A stretch of DNA of 35,659 bases, taken from the IMG/VR virus record IMGVR_UViG_3300037419_001040, positions 1 to 35,659 of that record; one strand, 5' to 3'. Below the pieces are notes generated by a model. That model ran no database searches. It worked only from the letters and a program-made list of their open reading frames with translations, and was not told where the DNA came from. This document shows, in pieces, positions 23,541 through 32,233 of the stretch. Each line of letters begins with the position of its first letter. Within the stretch, counting starts at the first letter, position 1. This DNA is from a virus (Duplodnaviria > Caudoviricetes). Both the position numbers and the translations under genes were made by a program.

Positions 23541-26394
23541 GGCGGTCGGATATGTCCTGACGGCGGCCCTGGTCGTCTTCGCTGTCGCCGTACCCATTAT
23601 CGGCCCGACGGCATTGGCGGCGATGGGCCTGACCAGCGGTGTGATTACGGCGATCGGCGCTGCGCTGTCGGCGGCGATCATGGTCAACTCGCTGTTGATG
23701 CCGCGCCCATCGGTATCGCGCAACGCGCAGGAGACCACGCTTCAGATCAACGAAGTCGCGCGCCGCGCGGCATTCGGAACGACCGCGACAGCCGGAAGCC
23801 TGGTCGACGTGTTCGACTATGGCGGCAAGTACGGGACCGACAACGAAGTCGTGATCTTCGCGCTCGCTGACCATTATTGCGAAGGGCTGGTCGGGGTTTA
23901 CGTTAACGACGTGTGGGTGCCGTGGAACGGCGACGGCAACTATCCGCAGTTCGACGAACATCATCTGTCGATGTATTTCCGCAACGGCAGCGAAGACCAG
24001 ACCCTGCCGGCGGTTGTCACGACGCACGGGCCGGGCTGGACCAGCGACGATAACGGCGCGGGGATCTGCTATGCGGTCGTCGACTATCTTGCCGATTCGC
24101 CGACTGCGAAGCATCCGGCGTGGCCGGGCGGCCGCCCGACCTTCCTGTGGGTCGTCAAGGGCAAGCGCTGCTACGACCCGCGCCTGGACGACACCGTCAC
24201 GGGGGGGTCGGGTCCGCACCGCTGGGACGACCCGTCGACCTGGGAATGGTCGGAGAACCCGATCGTCTGCCGGTACAACTGGGTGCGCGGCGTCTATGCC
24301 TGCGACCGCGTCGACCAGCCCGACATGCTGCTGGTCGGGCGCGGGCTGACCGCGACCGAAGCACCACCGGAAAACGTCATCGCGCCGGCCAATCTGTGCG
24401 ACGAAGCGGCACCCGGCGAATTCGATTACCAGCTCGTCGAGATCGGCTTCCTCGGCTTCCTGTCGCCCGACGGCAGCTACATGGTCGCCGGCGGAACGGT
24501 CGATTCGGTGACGGTCTACGTACCGACCCTGACGGTCCTGCGGGTGACGACTCGTCCGATCGTCTGCCCGGTGATCGCGGTCAACAATGACGGAAGCTAT
24601 TACACCGGCGGCAACAACAACGGGTCGCAGCCCGACCATATCGCGCTGGTTCAGCCGGACGGCAGCTTCACCATCCTCGACCCCGCGAACACGTTCTTCG
24701 GCGGCGTCTGGCTGATCGGCGACACCCTCTACGGCCGCGGCAACACCAGCCTGGTCAATGAAGCAGGCTACCTGCCGGCGACCGGCGGCAGCGTCACGAC
24801 CATCGATCCCGGCTTCTTCGCCACCTGGTACGCTCCGGACCTTGGCGGAGAGGCCTGGGCCGGCGGCTCGCCGGTCGACGGCGGCGGCAGCTTCACGAGC
24901 GCGATGGGATTCTATCGCATGGACGGCGGGGGCGGCGCGGCGTTCACCGTTGCATCGGCGGCCGCTGGCGCAGTCTATTTCTTCATCAACCCCGACGGCA
25001 ACGCGCTCGCCTATCAGGCCGGGAACCTGTACGTCGTCAACCTTGTGACACAAGCGATCGACGTCGGTCCGGTCGCTGTCGGCACGTCTGGCAACAGCCC
25101 GTTCCGCGGGGTCACCGCGGGCGACCCGTGGTTCTGGTTCGGCTTCACTCGCTATTCGTCGACGGACCTTAGCGTCCTGCAGACCGAAGACCCGGGCGAC
25201 TGGGCGTCGGGCACGCCGGCAGAGACCCCGACCTATGACCGCATCAACGACGCGATCTGGACCGACGGCGACGGCCAGGCGACGGTGCGCTTCCTAGCGA
25301 TCAACCGGACCAAGTTCACGATCGGCGGCATCGTCGCCGCAGATCAGAAATACCTCGAGGTCGAGGAGATGTTTGCGGCAGCTGTTGCGGGCATAATCAT
25401 CCAGCCCGAAGGGGCGGTTGAAATCGAGCCGGCGCAATCGAAGACGCCATCGTTCAGCTTCACCGACGCCGACATCCTCGCCACGACCGACGTCCAGTTC
25501 AATCAGTCGATCCTGTCGCGCGCCGACAGCGAATGGGTCAATACGGTCGTCCCGCGCTACGTCGAGCCGAAGCAGAAGTGGCAGGATCACGCAACACCGG
25601 TGCGCCGGGTCTATGCCGACGTCATCGCGGATGGCGAGTCGCGCGAGCAACAGTTGGCGCTGCAACTTGTCACTAGCGAGCGCCAGGCCGGGACGGTCGG
25701 CGAGATATTCCGCCGCCTCGGCCGGTTGTGGGCGCGTGCCGAGCTGACGTTGGGGCCGCGCTTCGCCGAAGTCGAGGAAGGCGACTGGGGCGTGTGGCAA
25801 TCGGACCGTTATTTAGGCGGAACGTCGAAGGTCTTCCGGGTCGAGTCCTACGGCCTTGATGGCAAGTGGCAGAACCGGCTGAAGCTGCGCGAGATCAACG
25901 CGCTGGTCTACGACGCAGCGGTGATCGGCACGGTCGGCACAGCCCTCCCGTTCACGCGAACGCCGCCGCCGCCGGACGTCGGCGCACCCGATGCGGGCAA
26001 CTGGGCCCTGACGGCCGTCGCGCTGACTAGTCCAGGGGGCAGCATCCCTGCGCTTGAAATCGAGGGCAGCGCGTCCGACGACCCCTATGTCAGCGGCATC
26101 CGGTTCGAATATTGGAAGAGCGACGGGGCCGCCGACCCGGTCGCCGACCCCGATGCGGTCGCCTGGACGCAATATGGCGGCATCGCCCCGCCATCGACCA
26201 CGCTGGTCGATATCAGCAGCATCAGCGGCGGCGCGGCCTATTATGCGGCGGTCACCTACATCGTCGACAACGAAATCGGCGACCGGCTGGTGCTCGGACC
26301 GGCGATCGTCGGCGACATCAGCACCGGCCCGCGCCGGGCCGACACGACGCTGATCACGGCGGACTCTACTCTTCAGACAGCGGACCTGGGATAA
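23533..26394 (+). CDS. Tail tip/host-specificity protein J-like with internal insertion
   Basis: VKGKRCYDPRLD...HRWDDPSTWEWSENP, ANLCDE, NTVVPRYVEPKQKWQ; about 295 aa extra segment in the middle. Confidence 0.88.
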   Translation: MSKAVGYVLTAALVVFAVAVPIIGPTALAAMGLTSGVITAIGAALSAAIMVNSLLMPRPSVSRNAQETTLQINEVARRAAFGTTATAGSLVDVFDYGGKYGTDNEVVIFALADHYCEGLVGVYVNDVWVPWNGDGNYPQFDEHHLSMYFRNGSEDQTLPAVVTTHGPGWTSDDNGAGICYAVVDYLADSPTAKHPAWPGGRPTFLWVVKGKRCYDPRLDDTVTGGSGPHRWDDPSTWEWSENPIVCRYNWVRGVYACDRVDQPDMLLVGRGLTATEAPPENVIAPANLCDEAAPGEFDYQLVEIGFLGFLSPDGSYMVAGGTVDSVTVYVPTLTVLRVTTRPIVCPVIAVNNDGSYYTGGNNNGSQPDHIALVQPDGSFTILDPANTFFGGVWLIGDTLYGRGNTSLVNEAGYLPATGGSVTTIDPGFFATWYAPDLGGEAWAGGSPVDGGGSFTSAMGFYRMDGGGGAAFTVASAAAGAVYFFINPDGNALAYQAGNLYVVNLVTQAIDVGPVAVGTSGNSPFRGVTAGDPWFWFGFTRYSSTDLSVLQTEDPGDWASGTPAETPTYDRINDAIWTDGDGQATVRFLAINRTKFTIGGIVAADQKYLEVEEMFAAAVAGIIIQPEGAVEIEPAQSKTPSFSFTDADILATTDVQFNQSILSRADSEWVNTVVPRYVEPKQKWQDHATPVRRVYADVIADGESREQQLALQLVTSERQAGTVGEIFRRLGRLWARAELTLGPRFAEVEEGDWGVWQSDRYLGGTSKVFRVESYGLDGKWQNRLKLREINALVYDAAVIGTVGTALPFTRTPPPPDVGAPDAGNWALTAVALTSPGGSIPALEIEGSASDDPYVSGIRFEYWKSDGAADPVADPDAVAWTQYGGIAPPSTTLVDISSISGGAAYYAAVTYIVDNEIGDRLVLGPAIVGDISTGPRRADTTLITADSTLQTADLG

Positions 26395-26906
26395 TGGCAA
26401 AACAGACAATCGGTCTCGGCGCAGCGCCGAACGACGGCTCCGGCGACCCGATCCGCACGGCGTTCGACAAGTGCAACGACAATTTCGACGAGCTCTACGC
26501 CGCGGACGCAGCGTCGCTGCTTGCGGCAAACAACCTGGACGACGTCGACGACGCTCCGACCGCGCTGGCCAACCTGGGCGGCAAGGCGGCTGCGCCAAAC
26601 ATCCAGACGGTGACCTCGTCGGCGACGGTGACGCCGGCATTCACCAACGATATGGTCAAGATCACTGCGCAGGCGGTGGGTCTGACGCTTGCGAACTGGA
26701 GCGGCACGGCGGTGCCGGGCTGGGGCGAGGTCATCCGCATCAAGGACAACGGCAGCGCGCAGACGATCGCCTACGGGACGAAATATCGCGCGATCGGAGT
26801 GACGCTGCCGACCTCGACGGTCGCCGGAAAAACGCTCTATCTCGGCTGCGTCTATAATAGCGACGACGACAAGATCGACGTCCTTGCGGTCGGGCAGGAA
26901 GCCTGA
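26394..26906 (+). CDS. Tail fibre/adaptor protein with T4 gp9/gp10-like N-terminal motif
   Basis: TAATG coupling; MAKQTIGLGAAPNDGSGDPIRTAFDKCNDNFDELY, then the NNLDDVDDAPTALANLG fibre motif. Confidence 0.78.
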   Translation: MAKQTIGLGAAPNDGSGDPIRTAFDKCNDNFDELYAADAASLLAANNLDDVDDAPTALANLGGKAAAPNIQTVTSSATVTPAFTNDMVKITAQAVGLTLANWSGTAVPGWGEVIRIKDNGSAQTIAYGTKYRAIGVTLPTSTVAGKTLYLGCVYNSDDDKIDVLAVGQEA

Positions 26907-26911
26907 AAGCC

Positions 26912-28429
26912 ATGAAGGTCAGGGTCATCAGCGCGTGCGCCGTCGCGGGGCTGGCGCTGGGCACGGCCACGGCCGCGGTCGGCGCGCCGGAATCGCCGGC
27001 GTTTGCCCGGTCTTCGTTCCAGCGAGTCGGCGACGACCACCCGCTGGCGATGATGCCCATCGCGCCGCTGCTGCTGCGCAACCCCGGAGCGGGCGGCGGG
27101 CCGACGGTTACCGGCGCGCCGCAGCTGGTCGCCACCGGGGCGGTCGCGACGGGAAGCAGCGGGGTCGCGGCCTATCCTGCCGGCATCCAGGCCAACGACA
27201 TAGCGATCATCTACGTTCATGCGCTGGCCTCATCCGGCTCTCTGACGTTCAACGTCCCATCAGGATGGACGCAGATCGACCAGCAGCAGGTTGCGGTTGC
27301 CAACCGTGCCCACGCTGCATTCTGGAAGCGACTGACCGGATCTGAAACGGGCTCCGTCACCGTTACCACCAATATCGGCGCGACCGTCACCGCCGGGATG
27401 ACAGTTTGGCGCGGATGCCTCAGCAGCGGCAGTCCGGTCGAAGGCAGCAATCACGCCCAGCAGACAGTGACCACTGCCGTGATCGGCGCGCCGACCCGGA
27501 CTATAGCGAGCCCGGACAGGACGCTGGTGCACTGTTACGCCTCCGTGGATGGCGCGCCGACGTTCACGCCCGGAAGCGAATACACTGTCGCTTGGCAGGA
27601 CGGTGCTACAACGAAGGGCGGCCTGACCTATCGCTATCTGACCGTTCCCATTGATGTCGCCGAGACCGGGTCGCTTAGTGCGACGGACAGATGGGGCGTC
27701 GTCTATTTCAGTCTCATTCCGCAGACAGTCGTAAGTTCCTCGACGCCATATGCGAACGATCCCTTTCGCAACTATGTCAAGCTTCAGGTCGGGTTCGACG
27801 GCTCAATCATCGACGAAAGCCCGATAGGGCGCACGCTCACCGCGAACGGCAATGCTCAGGTCTCAACATCGAGCCCGCTGGTTGGCACGGGGTCGGGATT
27901 ATTCGATGGCTCGGGCGACTATATCACCGCTCTTGATTCGACCGACTTCGACTTCGCGCGCAAGCCGTTCACGATCCGCGGAAAGTTCAAACTCTCCACC
28001 AAGACCAACAGCCAGGCCTTCGTCGGCCAGTGGGACAATGCGGGCACGTTTGCGAACTGCGCCTTCTTCTTCTTCATCCAGAGCGGCAATCTCACGCTTC
28101 GCATTGCGAACGGCTCCTCGACTTTCGATGTGATATTCGGATGGACGCCGACACTCGGGCAGGAATATGATCTTCAGGCGGATCGTGACATCACGGGCAA
28201 AACGCGCCTTTATATTGACGGCGCGATGGTCGCGTCCGGCACGAACCAGAATATCGCTCCGAACAATTCAACCAACGTTCTCTCGATCGCCAGAATCGGC
28301 ACGGGAACGACCTTTAGCTCATTCGACTACAACGGGCGTATGGACGAGCTTGAGATCACCGTTGGTATCGCCCGCTGCGGCAGCGACAGCGGCTTTACTC
28401 CGTCTTCTAGTGCCCGCCCCAGGGCGTAG
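26912..28429 (+). CDS. LamG/concanavalin A-like lectin-domain protein (putative receptor-binding)
   Basis: C-terminal SGLFDGSGDYI...DFDF...FTI...RLYIDG...YNGRMDELEITVGIAR; beta-rich middle domain; hydrophobic N-terminus. Confidence 0.78.
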   Translation: MKVRVISACAVAGLALGTATAAVGAPESPAFARSSFQRVGDDHPLAMMPIAPLLLRNPGAGGGPTVTGAPQLVATGAVATGSSGVAAYPAGIQANDIAIIYVHALASSGSLTFNVPSGWTQIDQQQVAVANRAHAAFWKRLTGSETGSVTVTTNIGATVTAGMTVWRGCLSSGSPVEGSNHAQQTVTTAVIGAPTRTIASPDRTLVHCYASVDGAPTFTPGSEYTVAWQDGATTKGGLTYRYLTVPIDVAETGSLSATDRWGVVYFSLIPQTVVSSSTPYANDPFRNYVKLQVGFDGSIIDESPIGRTLTANGNAQVSTSSPLVGTGSGLFDGSGDYITALDSTDFDFARKPFTIRGKFKLSTKTNSQAFVGQWDNAGTFANCAFFFFIQSGNLTLRIANGSSTFDVIFGWTPTLGQEYDLQADRDITGKTRLYIDGAMVASGTNQNIAPNNSTNVLSIARIGTGTTFSSFDYNGRMDELEITVGIARCGSDSGFTPSSSARPRA

Positions 28430-29125
28430 CGGCCAAGCGAACACGTCCAACGCGGTCGGCGGCTTTCCGCCTAACCCGGTCGGCGGCATATTGCCCTGGG
28501 GAACGTGATAGCTTCCGAGCAGTAGGTCCCAGATTGGAAGGATGGCAGCGAAGTTGCTGTTGTAATGCTCGGGCAAAGACGAGTGGTGACGGCGATGGTA
28601 GGCGGGGCTGTTGAGCGCCCATGACAGCTGTCCGAAGCTCCAGGGAAGCCGCGCATGAGCAACGAAGTTCCATTGTGTCACTAGAATGTAAGCCAGCAGC
28701 ACGACGGGAGTGGGCTGGATCAACAGGACGGCGGCGGGATAGATCGTCACAGCCTTGAGGAACTGGTCGCCCCAAAAGTGCCGTTCGGTCGTGGTGGCGT
28801 TCATGTCCGGGTCGGAATGGTGGAGCGCGTGGAGCTTCCATAACCACGGGATAGTGTGCTGCGCGCGGTGGAACAGATACTCGCCTAGGTCCATCGCCAC
28901 AAAATAGATGGCAAAAGCTGCCGCAAACGGAAGCGTGACCCCGTCGATCAGCGAGAATGGGAAGTAGAGCGCCACGCCGGGCATAAACGCAAACGCCAAG
29001 ACGCGCCTGACGATCCAGATCGTAATATTGACCAATCGGTCGCCGCCAAGCGACCCCCCGAACAGCAATTCGGCCAAGGTCAGCAGAGCCACCACGGTCA
29101 CGGCCAGAAGCGCAAAGGCGAACAC
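28319..29125 (-). CDS. Sterol desaturase/fatty-acid hydroxylase family membrane enzyme
   Basis: His boxes YLFHRAQH, LHALHHSD, FVAHA and YHRRHHS, plus NFAAILPIWDLLLGSY and TM helices; GTG start with AAGGGGG RBS. Confidence 0.9.
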   Translation of the reverse strand: MFAFALLAVTVVALLTLAELLFGGSLGGDRLVNITIWIVRRVLAFAFMPGVALYFPFSLIDGVTLPFAAAFAIYFVAMDLGEYLFHRAQHTIPWLWKLHALHHSDPDMNATTTERHFWGDQFLKAVTIYPAAVLLIQPTPVVLLAYILVTQWNFVAHARLPWSFGQLSWALNSPAYHRRHHSSLPEHYNSNFAAILPIWDLLLGSYHVPQGNMPPTGLGGKPPTALDVFAWPLRPGAGTRRRSKAAVAAAAGDTNGDLKLVHTPVVVE

Positions 29126-29153
29126 GCCACCCCCTTACCCGAGCACACCCACG

Positions 29154-29168
29154 TTAACCCGAATTTAC
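29154..29168. promoter_or_regulatory. CtrA-box-like motif TTAA-N7-TTAC in the divergent desaturase/lysis gap
   Basis: TTAA CCCGAAT TTAC, one mismatch to TTAA-N7-TTAA. Confidence 0.45.
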
Positions 29169-29217
29169 CAACGACGCAAAGCGCCGTGGCGCGCTGTCCC
29201 ACATCAGGAGTTTGCGT

Positions 29218-29607
29218 ATGCCGCCACGGCAGGGCCAGATCGATGAAATCAGCGAAGCCCTCGGGCGGCTCACGGGCATGGTCGAAGCGATCGACCGCTA
29301 CACGCATGATCGCGAACACGCCATCGCCAACCTCGCGCAGAAGGTCGACGGGATCGGGACGCAGATCGCACGCGAAGTCGGCCGGCTGAAGGGCGAGCTA
29401 CAAGGCGAGATCCAGTCGTTCAAGGGGGAGCTCGAAAAGCTGACCGTCCGCGTGACACTGCTCGAGAGCGCACGCAACCGTGACGACGGCGCGAAGAGCG
29501 TCTGGCTCGAAATCCTGAAGTCGCCGATTGTCTCAGGCACCATCGGCGGATTGCTGGCGGCTGTCGGCATGGCATGGGCGCTGCTGAGCGGGAAGCCGCA
29601 TCCGTGA
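29218..29607 (+). CDS. Coiled-coil protein with C-terminal TM helix (holin/antiholin position)
   Basis: RBS AGGAG; heptad pattern followed by IVSGTIGGLLAAVGMAWALL; precedes the endolysin. Confidence 0.68.
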   Translation: MPPRQGQIDEISEALGRLTGMVEAIDRYTHDREHAIANLAQKVDGIGTQIAREVGRLKGELQGEIQSFKGELEKLTVRVTLLESARNRDDGAKSVWLEILKSPIVSGTIGGLLAAVGMAWALLSGKPHP

Positions 29608-30194
29608 GCGCCGAAGCCTTCTTCGACGCCGCTCGGGCATTGAAACGCGAGCAGACCGGCGAAGCGGGGGTCGGGCTGACACAGGTAGAGGTCGACGCAT
29701 TCAACGCGATCATCGGCACATGGAAGCCGAAGCCCGCCGACATTCCCGACGATTACTGGGACATGCTCGCCGGGATCGAAAGTGGACATCGGCCCTATGT
29801 GAAGGCGCCGACGTCATCCGCATCGGGTCTCTATCAGTTCATCCGGCAGACATGGATCGGCGAAGGCGGAACGTGGGGGAATGACATGTCCCAGGCATTC
29901 GGCGGCCTCAAACCCTCGGAAGAGGAACAGCTCGCCCGAGCAATGACCTTCACCGCGAAGAACGCCGACTATCTCGTGAAGCGCGGCGTGCCGATCAACA
30001 AGGCATCGCTTTACGCGGCGCACTTCCTCGGCGCGGGAACGGCAGCGGCCCTGATTGCAGCCGACATTCACGACCGCGCGGATCTGATCGCCGGGGAAGC
30101 CGCGACGAACGCGAACCGATCGATCCTCAAGGGCAAGACGGTCGCCGACTTCCTGACGTGGCTTCACACCAAGACGGGGGACTGGGCCCGATGA
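29604..30194 (+). CDS. Endolysin, lysozyme-like lytic transglycosylase
   Basis: LAGIESG...SSASGLYQFIRQTW...LYAAHFLGAG. Confidence 0.88.
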   Translation: MSAEAFFDAARALKREQTGEAGVGLTQVEVDAFNAIIGTWKPKPADIPDDYWDMLAGIESGHRPYVKAPTSSASGLYQFIRQTWIGEGGTWGNDMSQAFGGLKPSEEEQLARAMTFTAKNADYLVKRGVPINKASLYAAHFLGAGTAAALIAADIHDRADLIAGEAATNANRSILKGKTVADFLTWLHTKTGDWAR

Positions 30195-30520
30195 TACTCG
30201 CGGGGATCACGTCTGCGCTCCGCGGCTCGGGCGGCGAGTTCGAGATCAACCGTGTCGTCGGTGCTTTCGGCGCGACAGCCTATGTCATATGCGGCAACGC
30301 CTTCGTCGCCTATGACGTCGTGTGGAAGGGCCATCCCTTCAACGTCACGGAATATTGCTTGGCGTTCCCGGGGGGGCTCGCTGTCGCCGTCGGCGCGATT
30401 GCCGGAGCGGTTTCGCTGAAGGATCGCAACGTCGCGACCGCCAAGGTCATTAGCGAGACAGGCGCAGTCCCGGCGCCGCCGCCCGCAGGCCCGCAAGTTC
30501 TTGTGGAGGAAAAGCCATGA
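30191..30520 (+). CDS. Putative holin (2 TM)
   Basis: Two hydrophobic segments; ATGA-coupled to the endolysin. Confidence 0.65.
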   Translation: MILAGITSALRGSGGEFEINRVVGAFGATAYVICGNAFVAYDVVWKGHPFNVTEYCLAFPGGLAVAVGAIAGAVSLKDRNVATAKVISETGAVPAPPPAGPQVLVEEKP

Positions 30521-30900
30521 TCGCGCTCCGGTTCGCGACGCTCGAGCATATTCCTGAAGGCGCGGTCAGCCGCTTCCGCGATGGCTCGCAATGGCCTGCC
30601 CACGCTCACCTGAGCCCGCACTATCACTATCTCGCGTACCGCTACGGGCACGACGGCGACGTGGTGGCATACTGCCGCACGCACGAGCTCTGCCATCACC
30701 TGCTTTGCGAGGCGTTCGGAAGCCACAGCCTCGTGCTTTGGGCCCTGGCTCATGGCGAGAAGCCCACACCGATGATCGCCGCGGCGGAAGAAGCTCTGGC
30801 GATGACCCTCCACCGCTACGTCACGCTCGGCGAACCGCCGCTTATCGAAGGGGTCGATTGGGCCGGTCTCAAGGCAAGGTACGAGGAGCTGATGCGATGA
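30517..30900 (+). CDS. Hypothetical protein with HExxH motif
   Basis: RTHELCHH...AEEALA; RBS GGAGGA; coupled on both sides. Confidence 0.65.
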   Translation: MIALRFATLEHIPEGAVSRFRDGSQWPAHAHLSPHYHYLAYRYGHDGDVVAYCRTHELCHHLLCEAFGSHSLVLWALAHGEKPTPMIAAAEEALAMTLHRYVTLGEPPLIEGVDWAGLKARYEELMR

Positions 30901-31031
30901 TCCGCAAGCTGTTCAAGCGCCTGTGGCGTTCGGCAATCACCGGCCGGTTCGTCAGCCGGAAGTATGCCGAAGGGCATCCCGAGACGACGGTGAGCGAGCG
31001 CGTACTCCGCGATGAAGGAGACGCCGCATGA
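30897..31031 (+). CDS. Small protein with RSAITGRFV...HPETTV motif (44 aa)
   Basis: RBS GAGGAG; ATGA overlaps at both ends. Confidence 0.65.
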   Translation: MIRKLFKRLWRSAITGRFVSRKYAEGHPETTVSERVLRDEGDAA

Positions 31032-31402
31032 CCTTCCTACTGTCGCTCATCATGGGCGCGGGCGTTCCACAGCGCTTCGCCAAACCTGTCCTGATCGCCG
31101 GGCTGTTCGCGCTCGCCCTTGCCTCCCTCGGGCTCGGCAAGTGCGCCTACGACCGCAGCGTCATCCGGCAGCACGACGCCAAACAGGACGCCGCCAACGC
31201 GAAGGCCGACCGGAAGGCCGACATCCACGCCGCAGACCAGCGCCGCACTGACGACGCGCGAAGCACGACTGAAAGCACCGAAATCAAGGAGGCTGTCGAT
31301 GAAGCACGCCGCATTGGCCGTGATCCCCGCGCTGCTTATTACGAGTGCGTGCGAAAGCAGCAGGCCGCGCGCCGCGAGCGCAAGCCACCCGCCGATTGCT
31401 GA
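31028..31402 (+). CDS. Inner-membrane spanin (Rz-like)
   Basis: N-terminal TM helix, Ala/charged helical region, C-terminal Cys; overlapped by a lipoprotein gene. Confidence 0.72.
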   Translation: MTFLLSLIMGAGVPQRFAKPVLIAGLFALALASLGLGKCAYDRSVIRQHDAKQDAANAKADRKADIHAADQRRTDDARSTTESTEIKEAVDEARRIGRDPRAAYYECVRKQQAARRERKPPADC

Positions 31403-31589
31403 TCTGACCTGTCCCGACGAGCCGGACGTGGTTGCCATGCTCGCCGCCGATCCGTCCGGCGTCACCTTCGACGCGGCCGTGAGGAAGGCCGGGCAGGACT
31501 GCCGCGATGCGCTGGCCCGCGTGTGCCGCTGGCACAAGGAGCGCGGGGCCGACGTGACCTGTCCCGCCGCAATCAAGGAGTCCCGCTGA
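31299..31589 (+). CDS. Outer-membrane spanin lipoprotein (Rz1-like)
   Basis: AAGGAGG RBS inside the Rz-like gene; MKHAALAVIPALLITSAC signal with lipobox-like Cys; Pro/Cys-rich mature part. Confidence 0.8.
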   Translation: MKHAALAVIPALLITSACESSRPRAASASHPPIADLTCPDEPDVVAMLAADPSGVTFDAAVRKAGQDCRDALARVCRWHKERGADVTCPAAIKESR

Positions 31590-32233
31590 TGCGCCCGTTC
31601 ACCGCATTCCTCGGCGTCATGCTGGCGCTGGTCATCGACGGCCCGTGCCAGGACGCAATGGCCGCGGGCAAGCCGCTCGGCATTGCGATCTCGAGCGTCA
31701 CCGTCACCGAGGGGCAGACGGCCCATCCGGTCGTCTCGATGAGCGGCGGGAACGGCCGCGCCGTGACGATCAAATGGTGGACCGACAACAGCGCTTATTC
31801 GGGAACGGCGACGATCGCCTCGACCAAGAAGCCGACCACCCTATCGGTGCCGGTCCCCGACGATGTGATCGTGAACGGGACAAGGACGACCGGGATCAAC
31901 GCCGTCGTGACCTCGGGCAGCGTGCATCCCACGGCGAGCGCTTCCATCACTGTTCTCGACAATGATGTTGCGCCTCCGCCTCCTCCTCCGCCGGCGGGCG
32001 AGCTCGCGGTCGGCGGATCGGCCAAGGGCATGATGGCCTGCCAGTCGCTGGTCAATCCGAACGACGCCGTGACGGTAGATGCGACCTATACCGTCGTCGG
32101 CTTCGCGGGGCGCGCCACGATCGACACCCTCTCGCAGACGGCGAGCCGCGATTATGTCGTGCTCAACGACGCGACGCACCTGGGCGACGGATATTTTGGG
32201 ATCATGGTGCCGGTCGGGTGCGTGGCGCCGTGA
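31589..32233 (+). CDS. Exported protein with Calx-beta-like domain
   Basis: Signal-like N-terminus; ISSVTVTEG...VTIKWWT...VPDDVIVNG...ASITVLDND; poly-Pro linker; second domain bracketed by two Cys. Confidence 0.7.
   Translation: MRPFTAFLGVMLALVIDGPCQDAMAAGKPLGIAISSVTVTEGQTAHPVVSMSGGNGRAVTIKWWTDNSAYSGTATIASTKKPTTLSVPVPDDVIVNGTRTTGINAVVTSGSVHPTASASITVLDNDVAPPPPPPPAGELAVGGSAKGMMACQSLVNPNDAVTVDATYTVVGFAGRATIDTLSQTASRDYVVLNDATHLGDGYFGIMVPVGCVAP

Noticed and set aside
23512-25053. 513-aa antisense ORF (and similar long alternative-frame ORFs, e.g. 34165-35244 and 34533-35408)
   Set aside because: They overlap well-supported genes, have Arg/Ala/Gly-rich shadow composition and show no motifs.
24410-25310. 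Intein in the J-like protein
   Set aside because: No C/S start block, no terminal HN followed by C/S/T, and no LAGLIDADG motifs.
23533-28429. Diversity-generating retroelement or invertible tail-fibre cassette
   Set aside because: No reverse transcriptase, no TR/VR repeat pair, and no invertase or flanking inverted repeats seen in the window.
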